This document shows, piece after piece, positions 18,731 through 28,718 of a DNA stretch of 46,101 nt. Every line of letters starts with the position of its first letter. The stretch's first letter is position 1. The notes beneath the pieces were generated by a model that worked only from the letters and a program-made list of their open reading frames with translations, was not told the DNA's origin and searched no databases. Origin of the DNA: Polyangiaceae bacterium (lineage in GTDB: Bacteria > Myxococcota_A > Polyangia > Polyangiales > Polyangiaceae); NCBI GenBank assembly GCA_044376115.1, contig JBILLK010000046.1:1-46101 (forward strand), given 5' to 3'. The translations under genes were made by a program, and so were the position numbers.

Positions 18731-19555
18731 TGCGTGGTGAAGCGGCTCGGCAACGACAAGCCGATCCACGTCAACCGCATCACCAACACGATGGGCAGCG
18801 GCTCGCATCACCTGTTCGTCTACAAGACCACCGACAGCGAAGAGCAACTCGAGCCGTTCGAGTGTCAGCCGTTCGTCGACATCTTGAGCCCCGACAAGGT
18901 GACGCTGCTGATGATCTCGCAGACGCAGGGCGGGGACACGCTCGAGCTACCGCCGGGGGTGGGCCTCGAGATCGGCGCCGATCAAATGATCCGACTCGAG
19001 CTGCACTACATCAATGCCTCGACCTCGAGCCTCGACGTGTCATCGAAGGTCAGCTTCGAAGAGATGCCCGAGTCAGAGGTGGAGTACGCAGCCAATCTGT
19101 TGATGATAGGGAACAACGATATTGAACTAGAGCCGGGTGCAGCCGCGACCCTTGGCCCGCAGTTCATCGCCACGCCCGCGTCGCTCAACGGAGTGAACTT
19201 CTTCGGCTTCTCCGGGCACCAGCACAAGTTCGGTACCGGGGTCGAGGTCGCTACTGCCAATGCTGCGGGAGAGCAGGACACCGTCGTCTACGCGCCGCCG
19301 AACTTCGTTTGGAGTGAACCGCCGATTGAGTATCTGGATCCTCCGATCCAAGTGCCGGAGGGCGGCGGCTTCCGATTTAGCTGCCAATGGAACAACACCT
19401 CGACGGCGTTGGTCTCCTTTGGGGAGTCCGCCAACGACGAGATGTGCCTCTTCTATGGCTATTACTACCCGAGCCAAGGTGCGATCGCGTGCGCCCATAC
19501 CGGCTTCACCGAGGACTTCTGCTGCCCCGGACATCCAATCTGTTCGATGCTTTGA
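18725..19555 (+). pseudogene. copper type II ascorbate-dependent monooxygenase (PAM/DBH-like), N-terminally truncated
   Basis: SHHLFVY, LELHYIN, GHQH, GESANDEMC copper-ligand motifs; no start or signal peptide before CVVKRLGN. Confidence 0.7.
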
Positions 19556-19617
19556 CGCCGGACCTGCCGTCCCGAAGGTGGGTGGAAGTCGCGCTGGTTG
19601 GTTTTTTGAATGTTCCA

Positions 19618-19653
19618 AAAAACAGAAGCATAACTACAGATGTTTCTGTTTTT
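19618..19653. promoter_or_regulatory. AT-rich 14-bp inverted repeat (putative operator or terminator)
   Basis: aaaaacagaagcat-N8-atgtttctgttttt (1 mismatch). Confidence 0.55.
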
Positions 19654-19684
19654 AAAGGGCCACGATCCGCGAAAAGCTACCGCT

Positions 19685-20230
19685 ATGAGAGACGTGTCTT
19701 ACCGGGAGCAACCGATGCAATCCGTCGTCAATGGCGTGGAACGGTCCGGGGCCGTGGTCTTCGTTCGCAGCTTGGAGCACCTGTCCAACACCATCCGGGC
19801 AGTGAACCAGCTCCTCTCGCTGCGCCGCTCGCGCGACGTGCTCGGCATCGTCGTTCACGAAGAGCTCGACAAAGGCCTGCCCACGCCGACGTACGGAGAC
19901 GCTTGCGCGGGCACCGTCAGTTTGCGTGAATCGGTTGGCGTGGGCGGGATTTGGAGCGTTTGCTGGTTCGACTTCACGCTGCCCGAGGGACTGGCCCAGG
20001 CAGAAGAAAGGAGGACCCAGCTGCTCGACCTCTTGGTCTTTGGCGGTTCGGCTGAGCGTACGGGAAGGAGCCGCTTGCTGCTCCCCGTGCTGACGAGCGC
20101 TGAGGCGTCCAAGGGAGGCGGCGCGCTCATCGAGCAGCTATCGGTTCGCTACCCAATGTTCGCGGTGGGTTCGCACGGCTACGTCCACGATGGCGAGCGA
20201 AGCACGCTGGTTCCGCTCGCCGCGGCCTAG
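19685..20230 (+). CDS. hypothetical protein
   Basis: ORF following the AT-rich intergenic region; no recognisable family. Confidence 0.55.
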   Translation: MRDVSYREQPMQSVVNGVERSGAVVFVRSLEHLSNTIRAVNQLLSLRRSRDVLGIVVHEELDKGLPTPTYGDACAGTVSLRESVGVGGIWSVCWFDFTLPEGLAQAEERRTQLLDLLVFGGSAERTGRSRLLLPVLTSAEASKGGGALIEQLSVRYPMFAVGSHGYVHDGERSTLVPLAAA

Positions 20231-20366
20231 AGCCGCTGGCCGCCGCTCGAGCTGAGGCGCCGTGGCGATCGAGGTCACGGCGCTTCTGTGTTGTGCGCTT
20301 TGTGACCAGCTCGCGGGCCAGCCGCGCGAGGAAGGCGCCGCGGAAAAGCAGTGCGAGGCTGGCCGC

Positions 20367-20990
20367 CTAACGGGTCTCGAGCGCCTTTTTCGCTAGCGCA
20401 CGCCAGGCGGCTGAGGTTAGCGGCGGGGGATCGACGAAGATCAGCCCTGCGATGGCCTTATGCTGCAACTCGGTGAGTTCGGAGAGCCGAGCGTGCACAA
20501 TATCGTTCGCGTCGACGCGACACATGAAGCAGAAGCCATAGGCGACGAGCTCGTCCTTCACCACGCACAGCCCACCGAAGTTGTTCACCGTACCGACGTC
20601 CCCAGGCGGCGCCAACATCGAGGTCTTGCACGGTAGAGGGCCTTCCAAGGCGAGGTCAGCCGGCTTCCAAACGGCTGACACTCGACCTCGCGTTCCGCAC
20701 GTCGGTCGCGCTGGGTTGTCATCTCCGCTGCATGGCTCGCCAAGCGCGGTTGCTTTCGCCGGGGGCTCAGCCGATGCAGGAGGCGACGGCTCGGTCGTCG
20801 ACGTTGCCGCAGGACCAGCCTCTTTCGCGCCCGTTGGTGTGAGTACGGTCGCGGTCGGCCTCGCGTCGGTCGCGACGGGCGCGCTCGCGATGGCAGAAGG
20901 CGAAGTCCGCGCGAGGGTTGCGCCCGGTGTCGCGTTGGTTCCGCCACAAGCTACGACGTACGAACAGAGGAGGGTGAGCTGGAGACGCAT
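20367..20990 (-). CDS. hypothetical lipoprotein
   Basis: VVAC lipobox, Pro/Ala/Thr linker, Cys-containing domain. Confidence 0.65.
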   Translation of the reverse strand: MRLQLTLLCSYVVACGGTNATPGATLARTSPSAIASAPVATDARPTATVLTPTGAKEAGPAATSTTEPSPPASAEPPAKATALGEPCSGDDNPARPTCGTRGRVSAVWKPADLALEGPLPCKTSMLAPPGDVGTVNNFGGLCVVKDELVAYGFCFMCRVDANDIVHARLSELTELQHKAIAGLIFVDPPPLTSAAWRALAKKALETR

Positions 20991-21128
20991 GGCGGCGTGA
21001 TACTACGTTAGCGCTCTCGGTCAGTCGCTAGGTCCGGAGCAATGCGGGGCTGATCCGTCGAACCCGTGCCCTTGCGAGAAGGGAGCGAAGGGCCAACCGG
21101 GCCGCACCGTGCACCAAGTCGGCTTGCG

Positions 21129-22346
21129 TTACGCTCCTAGCAGCCATTGGCCAGCCGCAGCGCTGGCCGCGACGACCAGCCACGGCGGCGCCCGCCAATG
21201 CTCGAGTAGCGCGAAGGCCACGAGCGCCGCGATGAGGTCGCTTGGACCGCGGACGCTCTCGCTGAACACCGGGTTGTAGAGCGCTGCGAGCAGTACGCCC
21301 ACGACCGCAGCGTTGGCCCCGGCGAGCGCCGCTTGCGCCCAGCGCTTCGTTCGCAACTGCTGCCAGAACGGGAGCGCGCCGCCGATCAGCAACCACCCAG
21401 GCAGGAACATCGCGAGCAGGCACCAGAGGCCGTTGAGCCAGCTCGTGGGGCCGGGACTCATCGCCGCCCCAAGGTAGGCGGAGAAGGCGAACATGGGCCC
21501 TGGCAGCGCTTGGGCAGCGCCGTAGCCGGCGAGGAACTGGTCGTCGGTGAGCCAACCGCGCGGCACGAGCTCGGCGCGCAGCAGCGGCAACACCACATGC
21601 CCGCCGCCGAAGACGAGCGAACCCGAGCGGTAGAAGCTGTCGAAGAACGCAACCTCACGCGAGCCGGTGACAGCCGCGAGGGCGGGCAGCGTGAACAGCA
21701 ACGCAAGGAACGCCACCAGCGCGGCGCCCGCGAAGAGGTGTCGACCTCCGCGGTTCTGGGTACTCGGCGGCGCGCCGACCGCGATGCCGTGGCGATACAA
21801 CGCAAAGCCCACGAGTCCGCCGACCGCGATGACGCCGAGCTGGGCGATCGCACCCGGCAGCGCGAGCAAAGCCGCTGCCGCACCGATGCAAAGCGAGATG
21901 CGCACGCGGTCGGTGCAGAGCTTCTTGCCCATGCCCCAAACGGCCTGCGCGACAACGGCGACGGCGGCGAGCTTGAGGCCGTGCAGCCAACCTGCGCCGT
22001 GGAGGTCCGAGGCCTGCGCGACGCCGTAAGCGAAGGCGATCATCAGCAGCGCCGACGGCAAGGTGAAGCCCACCGAAGCGCACAGCGCGCCGAGCAGTCC
22101 AGCGCGCTGCATCCCGAGCGCGAACACCACCTGACTACTGGCCGGGCCGGGGAGGAACTGGCAGAGCGCGACCAGGTCTGCGAAGTGCGCCTCGTCGAGC
22201 CACCGCCGCTTCTCCACGAATTCGGCTCGCAGATACCCGAGATGGGCGATGGGCCCTCCGAAGGAAAGACAGCCGAGTCGCAAGAAGGCGCCGGCCACCT
22301 CTAGCAGGCCGCCGTCGGGAAGCTCGCGGTCGGCTGCGCTGCGCAT
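21129..22346 (-). CDS. chrA: chromate efflux transporter
   Basis: SFGGPIAHLG, CQFLPGPASSQ, VFGGGHVVLP, AQALPGP. Confidence 0.93.
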   Translation of the reverse strand: MRSAADRELPDGGLLEVAGAFLRLGCLSFGGPIAHLGYLRAEFVEKRRWLDEAHFADLVALCQFLPGPASSQVVFALGMQRAGLLGALCASVGFTLPSALLMIAFAYGVAQASDLHGAGWLHGLKLAAVAVVAQAVWGMGKKLCTDRVRISLCIGAAAALLALPGAIAQLGVIAVGGLVGFALYRHGIAVGAPPSTQNRGGRHLFAGAALVAFLALLFTLPALAAVTGSREVAFFDSFYRSGSLVFGGGHVVLPLLRAELVPRGWLTDDQFLAGYGAAQALPGPMFAFSAYLGAAMSPGPTSWLNGLWCLLAMFLPGWLLIGGALPFWQQLRTKRWAQAALAGANAAVVGVLLAALYNPVFSESVRGPSDLIAALVAFALLEHWRAPPWLVVAASAAAGQWLLGA

Positions 22347-22448
22347 CGTTCGGCGTGGCTTACGATGGCCGCAAATGGCTCGCAAGCTCGATGGGGGCTG
22401 AAGGTCGCTCGCTTGCGCGGCATCGGCCCCGCGCGCGAGGGCACGACG

Positions 22449-23363
22449 TCACCAATAGCTTGGGCGCTCGGGCATCTGTGCGTGGCACTTGCTGCAGCTG
22501 CGGTGATCGTCGGAGGCGTCCTCGAGCGAGCTGCACGCCGGGCAGCGCACCCAGAGGCGGTTCATCCGAGTCGCGGTCCATACGCTGGTCCACACCGAGG
22601 CAACGAAGTTCTCGCCGAACAGCTCCTTCATCGCTACCGCGTGGTGCTTGCCGAGCGCCCGCTTCATTGCGGCCTCGTCTTCCCAGGCCGTCACGGTGAA
22701 CCCGCGTAGGCCCGTGAACCCAGTGACGATCGAGATGAAGCCCGGCTCGGTCAGGAAGTCCTGAACGTTCTGGCGTGAGTGCGCACGAATACGCTCCCGT
22801 TCGGCGGCGTCGCTTGCGGCGATCCAAGTCAGCGCGATCACGCCGGGCGGTCGCGGGTTGCCTGATGCTGAGCGGAGCGCGTAGCCGTATTGCGCCGAGG
22901 CCGACTCGATCGGCTTCGCCAGCGCCAGCGCGACGAAGTCCTCCGGGCTGAGCGGGCCAACACGCGGCACCTCGGACCACGCGGGCGCTTGCTCGAGCCA
23001 GAGGTTCTTGACGATCGCGCGGGGCAACGCGCGATCGAAGAGCCCCGCGGAGACCATCACCTTCGCGCCGCCGATCGGCCGTTTTGCCACGCGGCTCCCG
23101 CACTGGGTGCAGAAGCCGCGCTCGTTGGCCGGCGACGAGCGGTACCAGCCGATGTGCTCTTCGCCTTCCCAACGCACGGCCGCGCGGTCGGCAACGAGCA
23201 TGGCGAAAAAATTGCCGTGGAGCTTCTGGCAGTCGGCGCAATGGCAGGCGACGACGCCGACGCTGTCTTCGGGCATCGTGACCCGAACGCGTCCGCAGTG
23301 GCAGGCGCCGCTCAGCTCGTTCACGGGGCTGCCCAGGCCGGATTCGTTGCGCTGCGCCTCCAT
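22449..23363 (-). CDS. GFA (glutathione-dependent formaldehyde-activating) family protein with C-terminal extension
   Basis: GACHCG, CHCADCQK, FCTQCGS; additional ABM-like region and terminal CxxC...CxxC. Confidence 0.85.
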   Translation of the reverse strand: MEAQRNESGLGSPVNELSGACHCGRVRVTMPEDSVGVVACHCADCQKLHGNFFAMLVADRAAVRWEGEEHIGWYRSSPANERGFCTQCGSRVAKRPIGGAKVMVSAGLFDRALPRAIVKNLWLEQAPAWSEVPRVGPLSPEDFVALALAKPIESASAQYGYALRSASGNPRPPGVIALTWIAASDAAERERIRAHSRQNVQDFLTEPGFISIVTGFTGLRGFTVTAWEDEAAMKRALGKHHAVAMKELFGENFVASVWTSVWTATRMNRLWVRCPACSSLEDASDDHRSCSKCHAQMPERPSYW

Positions 23364-23364
23364 C

Positions 23365-24135
23365 TCAGCGACCGAGGGTTTCGATGATGAGGTTGGCGGT
23401 CTCGCTGCCGGAGAAGTTCTGCTGCCCTGTGATCAGGTTGCCGTCGCGCACGGCGAAGCCGCGCCAAAGGCCGGCCTGTACGAAGTTTGCGCCGAGCTTC
23501 TTGAGCTCGTCCTCGATCCGCCAGGGCATCAAGTGTTTGTCTTTGGGCAAGGCGCCCATGCTCCACACAGCGTTGTCGGCGAAGTCTTCCTCGACGTTGG
23601 CGAAGCCCGTCACCGTCTTGCCCTTGGCGAGCAGCTCCCCGTTGCTGAGCTTCGCGTAGCGCAGGATCGAAACGCCGTGGCAGAGCGCGCTCGCTATCTT
23701 TCCAGCCTCGTAGAATTCTACGAACTTCGCGTGCAGGTCGTTGGCCTGCTCAAAATTGAACATCGGCGCTTGTCCGCCGGCGACGACGATCGCGTCAAAG
23801 CGCGCGACGTTGATCTCCGAGACGGGCTTGGTCTTCTCGACGAGCCCGGCGAGGCTCGCGGTGTTGATGAAGCCCATGCTGATCAGATCCGACGCGGAGT
23901 AGCCGCTCGCGTCGCGGGGGTCGGACATACCGTCGGCCTCACACTTGCCGCCGGCGGGGCTGAAGATCTCGACCTCGTAGCCGGCCTCGTGAAAGGCGTA
24001 ATACGGGTGGGTCAGCTCCGACCACCAGAAGCCGACGGGCCAGCCGGTGGTGGTGGAGGTCGCGGCGTTGGCGATCACGATCGCGACGGGCTTGGGCTTG
24101 CTCTTGTTGGACGCGTTCGGGTCTCTGAGGCTCAT
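23365..24135 (-). CDS. DJ-1/PfpI (class I glutamine amidotransferase-like) protein
   Basis: GFWWSELTHPY, ALCHG, DGNLITGQQNFS. Confidence 0.92.
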   Translation of the reverse strand: MSLRDPNASNKSKPKPVAIVIANAATSTTTGWPVGFWWSELTHPYYAFHEAGYEVEIFSPAGGKCEADGMSDPRDASGYSASDLISMGFINTASLAGLVEKTKPVSEINVARFDAIVVAGGQAPMFNFEQANDLHAKFVEFYEAGKIASALCHGVSILRYAKLSNGELLAKGKTVTGFANVEEDFADNAVWSMGALPKDKHLMPWRIEDELKKLGANFVQAGLWRGFAVRDGNLITGQQNFSGSETANLIIETLGR

Positions 24136-24245
24136 GTTCGTGCGCTCCTGGTTGAGGACGGGAGGTCCTTGCGCACCGAACTATTGAGCCCGCTTCATGT
24201 GCAGAAAACGGAAGACAAATGAAGTCGTAGTTGCATTGTATGCAA

Positions 24246-25232
24246 CTACGAGGGGCGTCGCCTTCGCTTGCGCGTCTGACCCGAGGTTGGGTCGGTGGCG
24301 TCGAGCCGGGTGCGTGGCTGCTCGTGTCGGTTGCCGGCGGCCTCACCCGCCGCGCGCAGAAAGACCTCACGCAGGAAGTGGTGCGCTGGGTCTCCATCCA
24401 TTCGAGGGTGCCAAACCAGACTGAGGGCGTACGGCCTGAGCTTCACCGGCACCTCCAGGACTTTGAGCGAAAGCGCCTGTACGTAGCGGTTTGCGATGCG
24501 CTCCGAGATGGTGAGCAGATAGTCCGTCTCGGCGGCGAGCTGTAGCGCGGTGACGAAGTAGGGGACGGCGCGAGCGACCGTGCGAGACAGTCCGCGCTCG
24601 CGGAGCACGTCGTCGATGTAGCCGCCCGGCTTGCCGCGGGGCGCGACCTGGATATGCGGGAAGCCGACGAACTGCTCGAGCGTGAAGCGCTTCTTGGTGG
24701 CCGGGTGATCGCGTCGTACGACGCACACGAAGCGATCGGTCAGCAGCTGGCGATGCCGCATCTCCTGCGGTAGCTCGCCGTAGATTCCGACCGCGAGGTC
24801 CGAGCCTTGGTCGCGGAGCAGGGCAGGGTCATCGGGCGTGTTGGGCACGAAGCGCACGCAGACCTTCGGCGCCTCCTGCCGCAGGATGCGGTCGACGGTG
24901 GAGCCGAGGACCGTGAGCACGTAGTCGGTAACGTGCACGACGAAGGTGTGCGCAAGCTCGCGTGCGACGAAGGGCCGCTCCGGCTCGAGCGTGCGCCGGG
25001 CCTCGGTAACGACGCTGTGGACCTGCGGCTTGAGCGCCAGCGCGCGCGGGGTGAGCAGCATGCCGCGCCCCGAGCGCACGAGGATCGGATCCGAGAGCCG
25101 CTCGCGGATGCGCGCGAGCGCGTGGCTCATCGCCGGCGTTGAGAGACCCACCCGCCGCGCCGCACCCGTGACGCTGCCTTCTTGCAAGAGCGCATCGAGT
25201 GAGACCAGCAGGCTAAGATCGGTGGATTCCAC
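24246..25232 (-). CDS. LysR family transcriptional regulator
   Basis: DLSLLVSLDALLQEGSVTGAARRVGLSTPAMSHALARIR HTH plus substrate-binding domain. Confidence 0.93.
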   Translation of the reverse strand: MESTDLSLLVSLDALLQEGSVTGAARRVGLSTPAMSHALARIRERLSDPILVRSGRGMLLTPRALALKPQVHSVVTEARRTLEPERPFVARELAHTFVVHVTDYVLTVLGSTVDRILRQEAPKVCVRFVPNTPDDPALLRDQGSDLAVGIYGELPQEMRHRQLLTDRFVCVVRRDHPATKKRFTLEQFVGFPHIQVAPRGKPGGYIDDVLRERGLSRTVARAVPYFVTALQLAAETDYLLTISERIANRYVQALSLKVLEVPVKLRPYALSLVWHPRMDGDPAHHFLREVFLRAAGEAAGNRHEQPRTRLDATDPTSGQTRKRRRRPS

Positions 25233-25300
25233 GGGGTGAAACTATGCTTTTGAACTGTTGCAGCGGTCAAGATGGTCCGAGGCGGTCCCCGCGCCAGCGC

Positions 25301-26872
25301 TCACGTTGTCGGAATTGCCGCCTTGCGACGACCCAGCTTCATGCTGACCACCAAGCCCAACGAAACGAGCGCGTTGCTCACGACCACGAAGGCGAGCAGA
25401 AACGGTGCGTAGAGCTCTGCGGCGGAGGGCAGCGGGAAACCCATTTGCCAGCCGTAAACGATGCAGTGCCCAACGGCCAGCAGCAGGCTCAACGCGAGGA
25501 AGGTTGCGTGGTCGAGCAGGAGGCGATGCTTGTCGCGAGCGATAAGGGCATGCGCAGCCACCGCCATCAACGCAGCCGCGCCAGCAATGAACAGCGCGCG
25601 CGGTATGAAGCGAGAACGCAAGTTGATCACGTCGTAGTTGAAGGGGCCGAGCACGAGCCGATGCACGCTCGCGACAATGAGCGCCGCCAAGCCCACGAAC
25701 AAGACGGTGAACAGCAGCTCCTTGAGGCTCGCCCGGCGCAGCCGCTGCGAGAGCGCGAACAGCAGCAGACCGAACAGCGCAACGCCGCCTCCGCGAACCA
25801 ACTGAAGCCGCCGCTGTTCGGCGTAGAACCCGGTCCAAGCGAAAGGACCGTGATGCCCCCGCTCGGCGAGCCACGCTTGGTTGCGCGCACGCGCGGCAGC
25901 CACGGCCTTGCGACGGTCCTCGGCGTAGGCGGGCGCGTGGCTGAAGTCAGCGATCTCCTCGATCACGTCCAAATCGTCCTCCACCGCGCGCAAGTGTTTG
26001 GGCATCCGTAGGCCGCTGAGCACCGCGAGCAACGGAGCGGTCACGCGACCGTCCATGCGGCCCAAGGCCGCGGTGTGACGGACGTTGAGACCTGCGAAGC
26101 AAGCGAGCACGTCGGCGACTTCAGGCTGCGCACCGCCATGCCCGCCGGAGTCGGTGTGTCCGTGGTCCGCGGTGAAGATCACGAGATCGCGCTCGAAATC
26201 CAGCCGGTCGAGCAGGCTAGAAACCTCCGCGTCGGCGCGCGCTACGGCCTGTGCGTACTCGCTTGAGATACCTCCGTAGTGGTGGCCCGCCTCATCCACG
26301 TAAAGCGGGTGAAAGAGATTGAGCTCGACGAGGTCCGGGTCCTTGAACAGGTCTTCGGCGTAGCTCTGGCCTAGGCGGTATTGGTCGAATCCCGCTGGGA
26401 AAAGTTCGCGAAACCAAGGCAAGTGGCTGCTGCCGTGGACCCTTCTCCCGTCCTCGCGCGCGACCTCGAAGACCGACTCGACTGGCGCTGGCGTCGTGAG
26501 ATCGTTGTTGCGCACACCGGTGCGATCCACTTCGACGCCCGAGGAAAGCAAGGTGTAGACGGGCCTCGAGATGGTCAGCTCGCCCTGATGGGAGACCCTG
26601 CACTGTCCGTGCTCGAGCAGCCGCCGCGTCACCTTCATACTGAGCGCCGCATCCCTGCGCAGCCCGTCCACGACGATCAGTACCGCGTGCCTCGGACGTG
26701 AGGGAAGGGGCGCCTCGATGCGGTCTTCGAAGGCGACCAAGAAGAAGCCCGCGTGGTTCGGCAGACGGCCGATCGTGCTGATACCGAGCAGGAACCCTAC
26801 CACCGCCGCAACCGCAGCGAAGCCCGCAATCAGGCTCTCAAGTCGGGGCGAAGCAACCGCTCGGGGCAACAT
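25301..26872 (-). CDS. membrane-bound alkaline phosphatase superfamily protein (phosphotransferase-like)
   Basis: IVVDGLR, TISRP, VDEAGH, TADHGH metal motifs; C-terminal TM helices. Confidence 0.8.
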   Translation of the reverse strand: MLPRAVASPRLESLIAGFAAVAAVVGFLLGISTIGRLPNHAGFFLVAFEDRIEAPLPSRPRHAVLIVVDGLRRDAALSMKVTRRLLEHGQCRVSHQGELTISRPVYTLLSSGVEVDRTGVRNNDLTTPAPVESVFEVAREDGRRVHGSSHLPWFRELFPAGFDQYRLGQSYAEDLFKDPDLVELNLFHPLYVDEAGHHYGGISSEYAQAVARADAEVSSLLDRLDFERDLVIFTADHGHTDSGGHGGAQPEVADVLACFAGLNVRHTAALGRMDGRVTAPLLAVLSGLRMPKHLRAVEDDLDVIEEIADFSHAPAYAEDRRKAVAAARARNQAWLAERGHHGPFAWTGFYAEQRRLQLVRGGGVALFGLLLFALSQRLRRASLKELLFTVLFVGLAALIVASVHRLVLGPFNYDVINLRSRFIPRALFIAGAAALMAVAAHALIARDKHRLLLDHATFLALSLLLAVGHCIVYGWQMGFPLPSAAELYAPFLLAFVVVSNALVSLGLVVSMKLGRRKAAIPTT

Positions 26873-26877
26873 GCGGT

Positions 26878-27534
26878 CTAGCGTTCTTCGGGGGCGGGCC
26901 AGCCCGGATGGCCGAGCATGTCGCGCACGGCGATGGGCTGCCCATTCATCGACTCGAGCCGGAGCGTGCAGCCATGCGTGATTTCCCCACTGCCGCGATA
27001 GCCTCGGCGATCCGCTGCGATTGGGCGCAGGTTGGCCTGCAGCAGCACCATCTGTCCTTGATGGAGCGAAAACGAGCGATAGCCGGGCACGCACGCCGCT
27101 GGCCAAGGCCGCGGAAGATTTTGCGCCCACGGGTGCGCAGGATCAAGAAACTCCGGGCTCGCCACGTCGTCGAAAGGCGAGTAGCTGCCTGCGCCGAGCA
27201 GGACTCGAACGCCGTCCCGACTCCGCAGGACCACGTTGGGGAGAGTCGTCTCGTCGGCGATCTTGTGGAAGGTCCGACGTACGCCGCTGATCAGCTCGCT
27301 GTCTGTGAGCTCTTTGGGATTGGCGTTGTAGCCAGTGCCGAACGCAATCACCCTCTCGTCGACGAAGCCAACCTCGATGCGCAAGGCGTACACGAAGCCG
27401 CCGGTGAGCGGATTCTCGAAGCGTTCGCCGCCGTCAACCGCCAACAAAAGCCGCGCCCCGTCGAGCGACGTGATTCCCTCGAGGTCGCTCTTCGACCGCC
27501 GCGAACGAAGCCATCGAAGCAGGGATGCAGGCAT
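26878..27534 (-). CDS. hypothetical protein
   Basis: ORF directly upstream of and co-oriented with the phosphatase gene. Confidence 0.5.
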   Translation of the reverse strand: MPASLLRWLRSRRSKSDLEGITSLDGARLLLAVDGGERFENPLTGGFVYALRIEVGFVDERVIAFGTGYNANPKELTDSELISGVRRTFHKIADETTLPNVVLRSRDGVRVLLGAGSYSPFDDVASPEFLDPAHPWAQNLPRPWPAACVPGYRSFSLHQGQMVLLQANLRPIAADRRGYRGSGEITHGCTLRLESMNGQPIAVRDMLGHPGWPAPEER

Positions 27535-27729
27535 GGGCGTTGGCAGCGTAGGGACTCTTCCGCACCAGCTTCTAGCGCAATCGCGGCGTGGTCTCTCGTT
27601 TGTGCTCCCTGCAGGGCTACGCGAGGGTGGGCGCCGCTGCGCGTGACCAGCGGAGCAACAGTCGACTTCGAGTCGGAATCGTGCTGGCGGCTCGTTCGTA
27701 AGCCGTGCTTCTGTAGATTTATAGGCAAA

Positions 27730-28710
27730 ATGCTTGAGCGAGGAGCTGATCCGGAGGGAGCCCTGCGGTCGATGATGGTCGTCGTCGACGCGATGGCCAC
27801 CGTGGGGGTCGATCGCGAGGTTTCGCGTGCGGCGATTCAGGCGGGCTCGTGGGGCGCGCTCTACGATCGTGAAGTAGCTCCACTCTCTGGCCTATGCGCG
27901 GCCTTGATGATGCCGTTCGGCGCCTATGAGCTCATTGACTTCCTCGGAGCGAGTGCGCCGACGGTCGGAGAGGGCTTTGGACGGCTCATCAAGTATTTGC
28001 CCGTGGTGACCTCTTACAACACGTTCGTCACGGAAATGCAGGGCGACGAGGTCCGTGTGCGCGCCGCGCATATCGGGGGGGAGCCCTCGTGGTTCACCGA
28101 CGAGTGGCTGCTTGGTGCAACCATTCGCGGCTTCCGCAGCATCGTCGGGACCGACACCTTCCAAGTGCGGAGGATCGAGCTTCGCAGGAGCAATCCTGGC
28201 TCGAACCTCTCCGCGTTCGTCGAGCAGGCGAGGGTACCTCGGATCGTGTACGGGCAAGCGAGCTCAGCCCTCGTGCTGTCCCGCGAGCTATGGGAGATGC
28301 CCAGTCCACGCGCCAACTCTCGCCTCCACGCTGTGTTGCTCATGCACGCGGACGAGGTATTGCGCGAGACGAACAAGAAGCCACCGTCGCTCGCGCATCG
28401 CGTGCGACAGGAGCTCATACCCGAGCTCCGCGGAGGCGACCCCACGGTGCAGGTTGTCGCGAAGAAGCTGGCGACAACGCCGCGCACACTTCAGCGTCGG
28501 CTCTCGGAGGAGGGGACGAGCTTCGTCGAGATCCTCGACAAGATCCGCGCGGAGCTCTCGACCCGCTACCTCGCGGATGCGGCGCTGAGCGTGACGGAGG
28601 TCGCCTTCCTTTTAGGCTTCTCCGAGCCGAGCGCCTTCGCGAGGGCTCATCGTCGATGGTTCGGTCGCGCCCCGCGCGAGCGGAGCGCGCTGACGCACTC
28701 GAGCCAGTGA
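27730..28710 (+). CDS. AraC family transcriptional regulator
   Basis: TTPRTLQRRLSEEGTSF...SVTEVAFLLGFSEPSAFARAHRRWFG. Confidence 0.92.
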   Translation: MLERGADPEGALRSMMVVVDAMATVGVDREVSRAAIQAGSWGALYDREVAPLSGLCAALMMPFGAYELIDFLGASAPTVGEGFGRLIKYLPVVTSYNTFVTEMQGDEVRVRAAHIGGEPSWFTDEWLLGATIRGFRSIVGTDTFQVRRIELRRSNPGSNLSAFVEQARVPRIVYGQASSALVLSRELWEMPSPRANSRLHAVLLMHADEVLRETNKKPPSLAHRVRQELIPELRGGDPTVQVVAKKLATTPRTLQRRLSEEGTSFVEILDKIRAELSTRYLADAALSVTEVAFLLGFSEPSAFARAHRRWFGRAPRERSALTHSSQ

Positions 28711-28718
28711 AATTGAAG

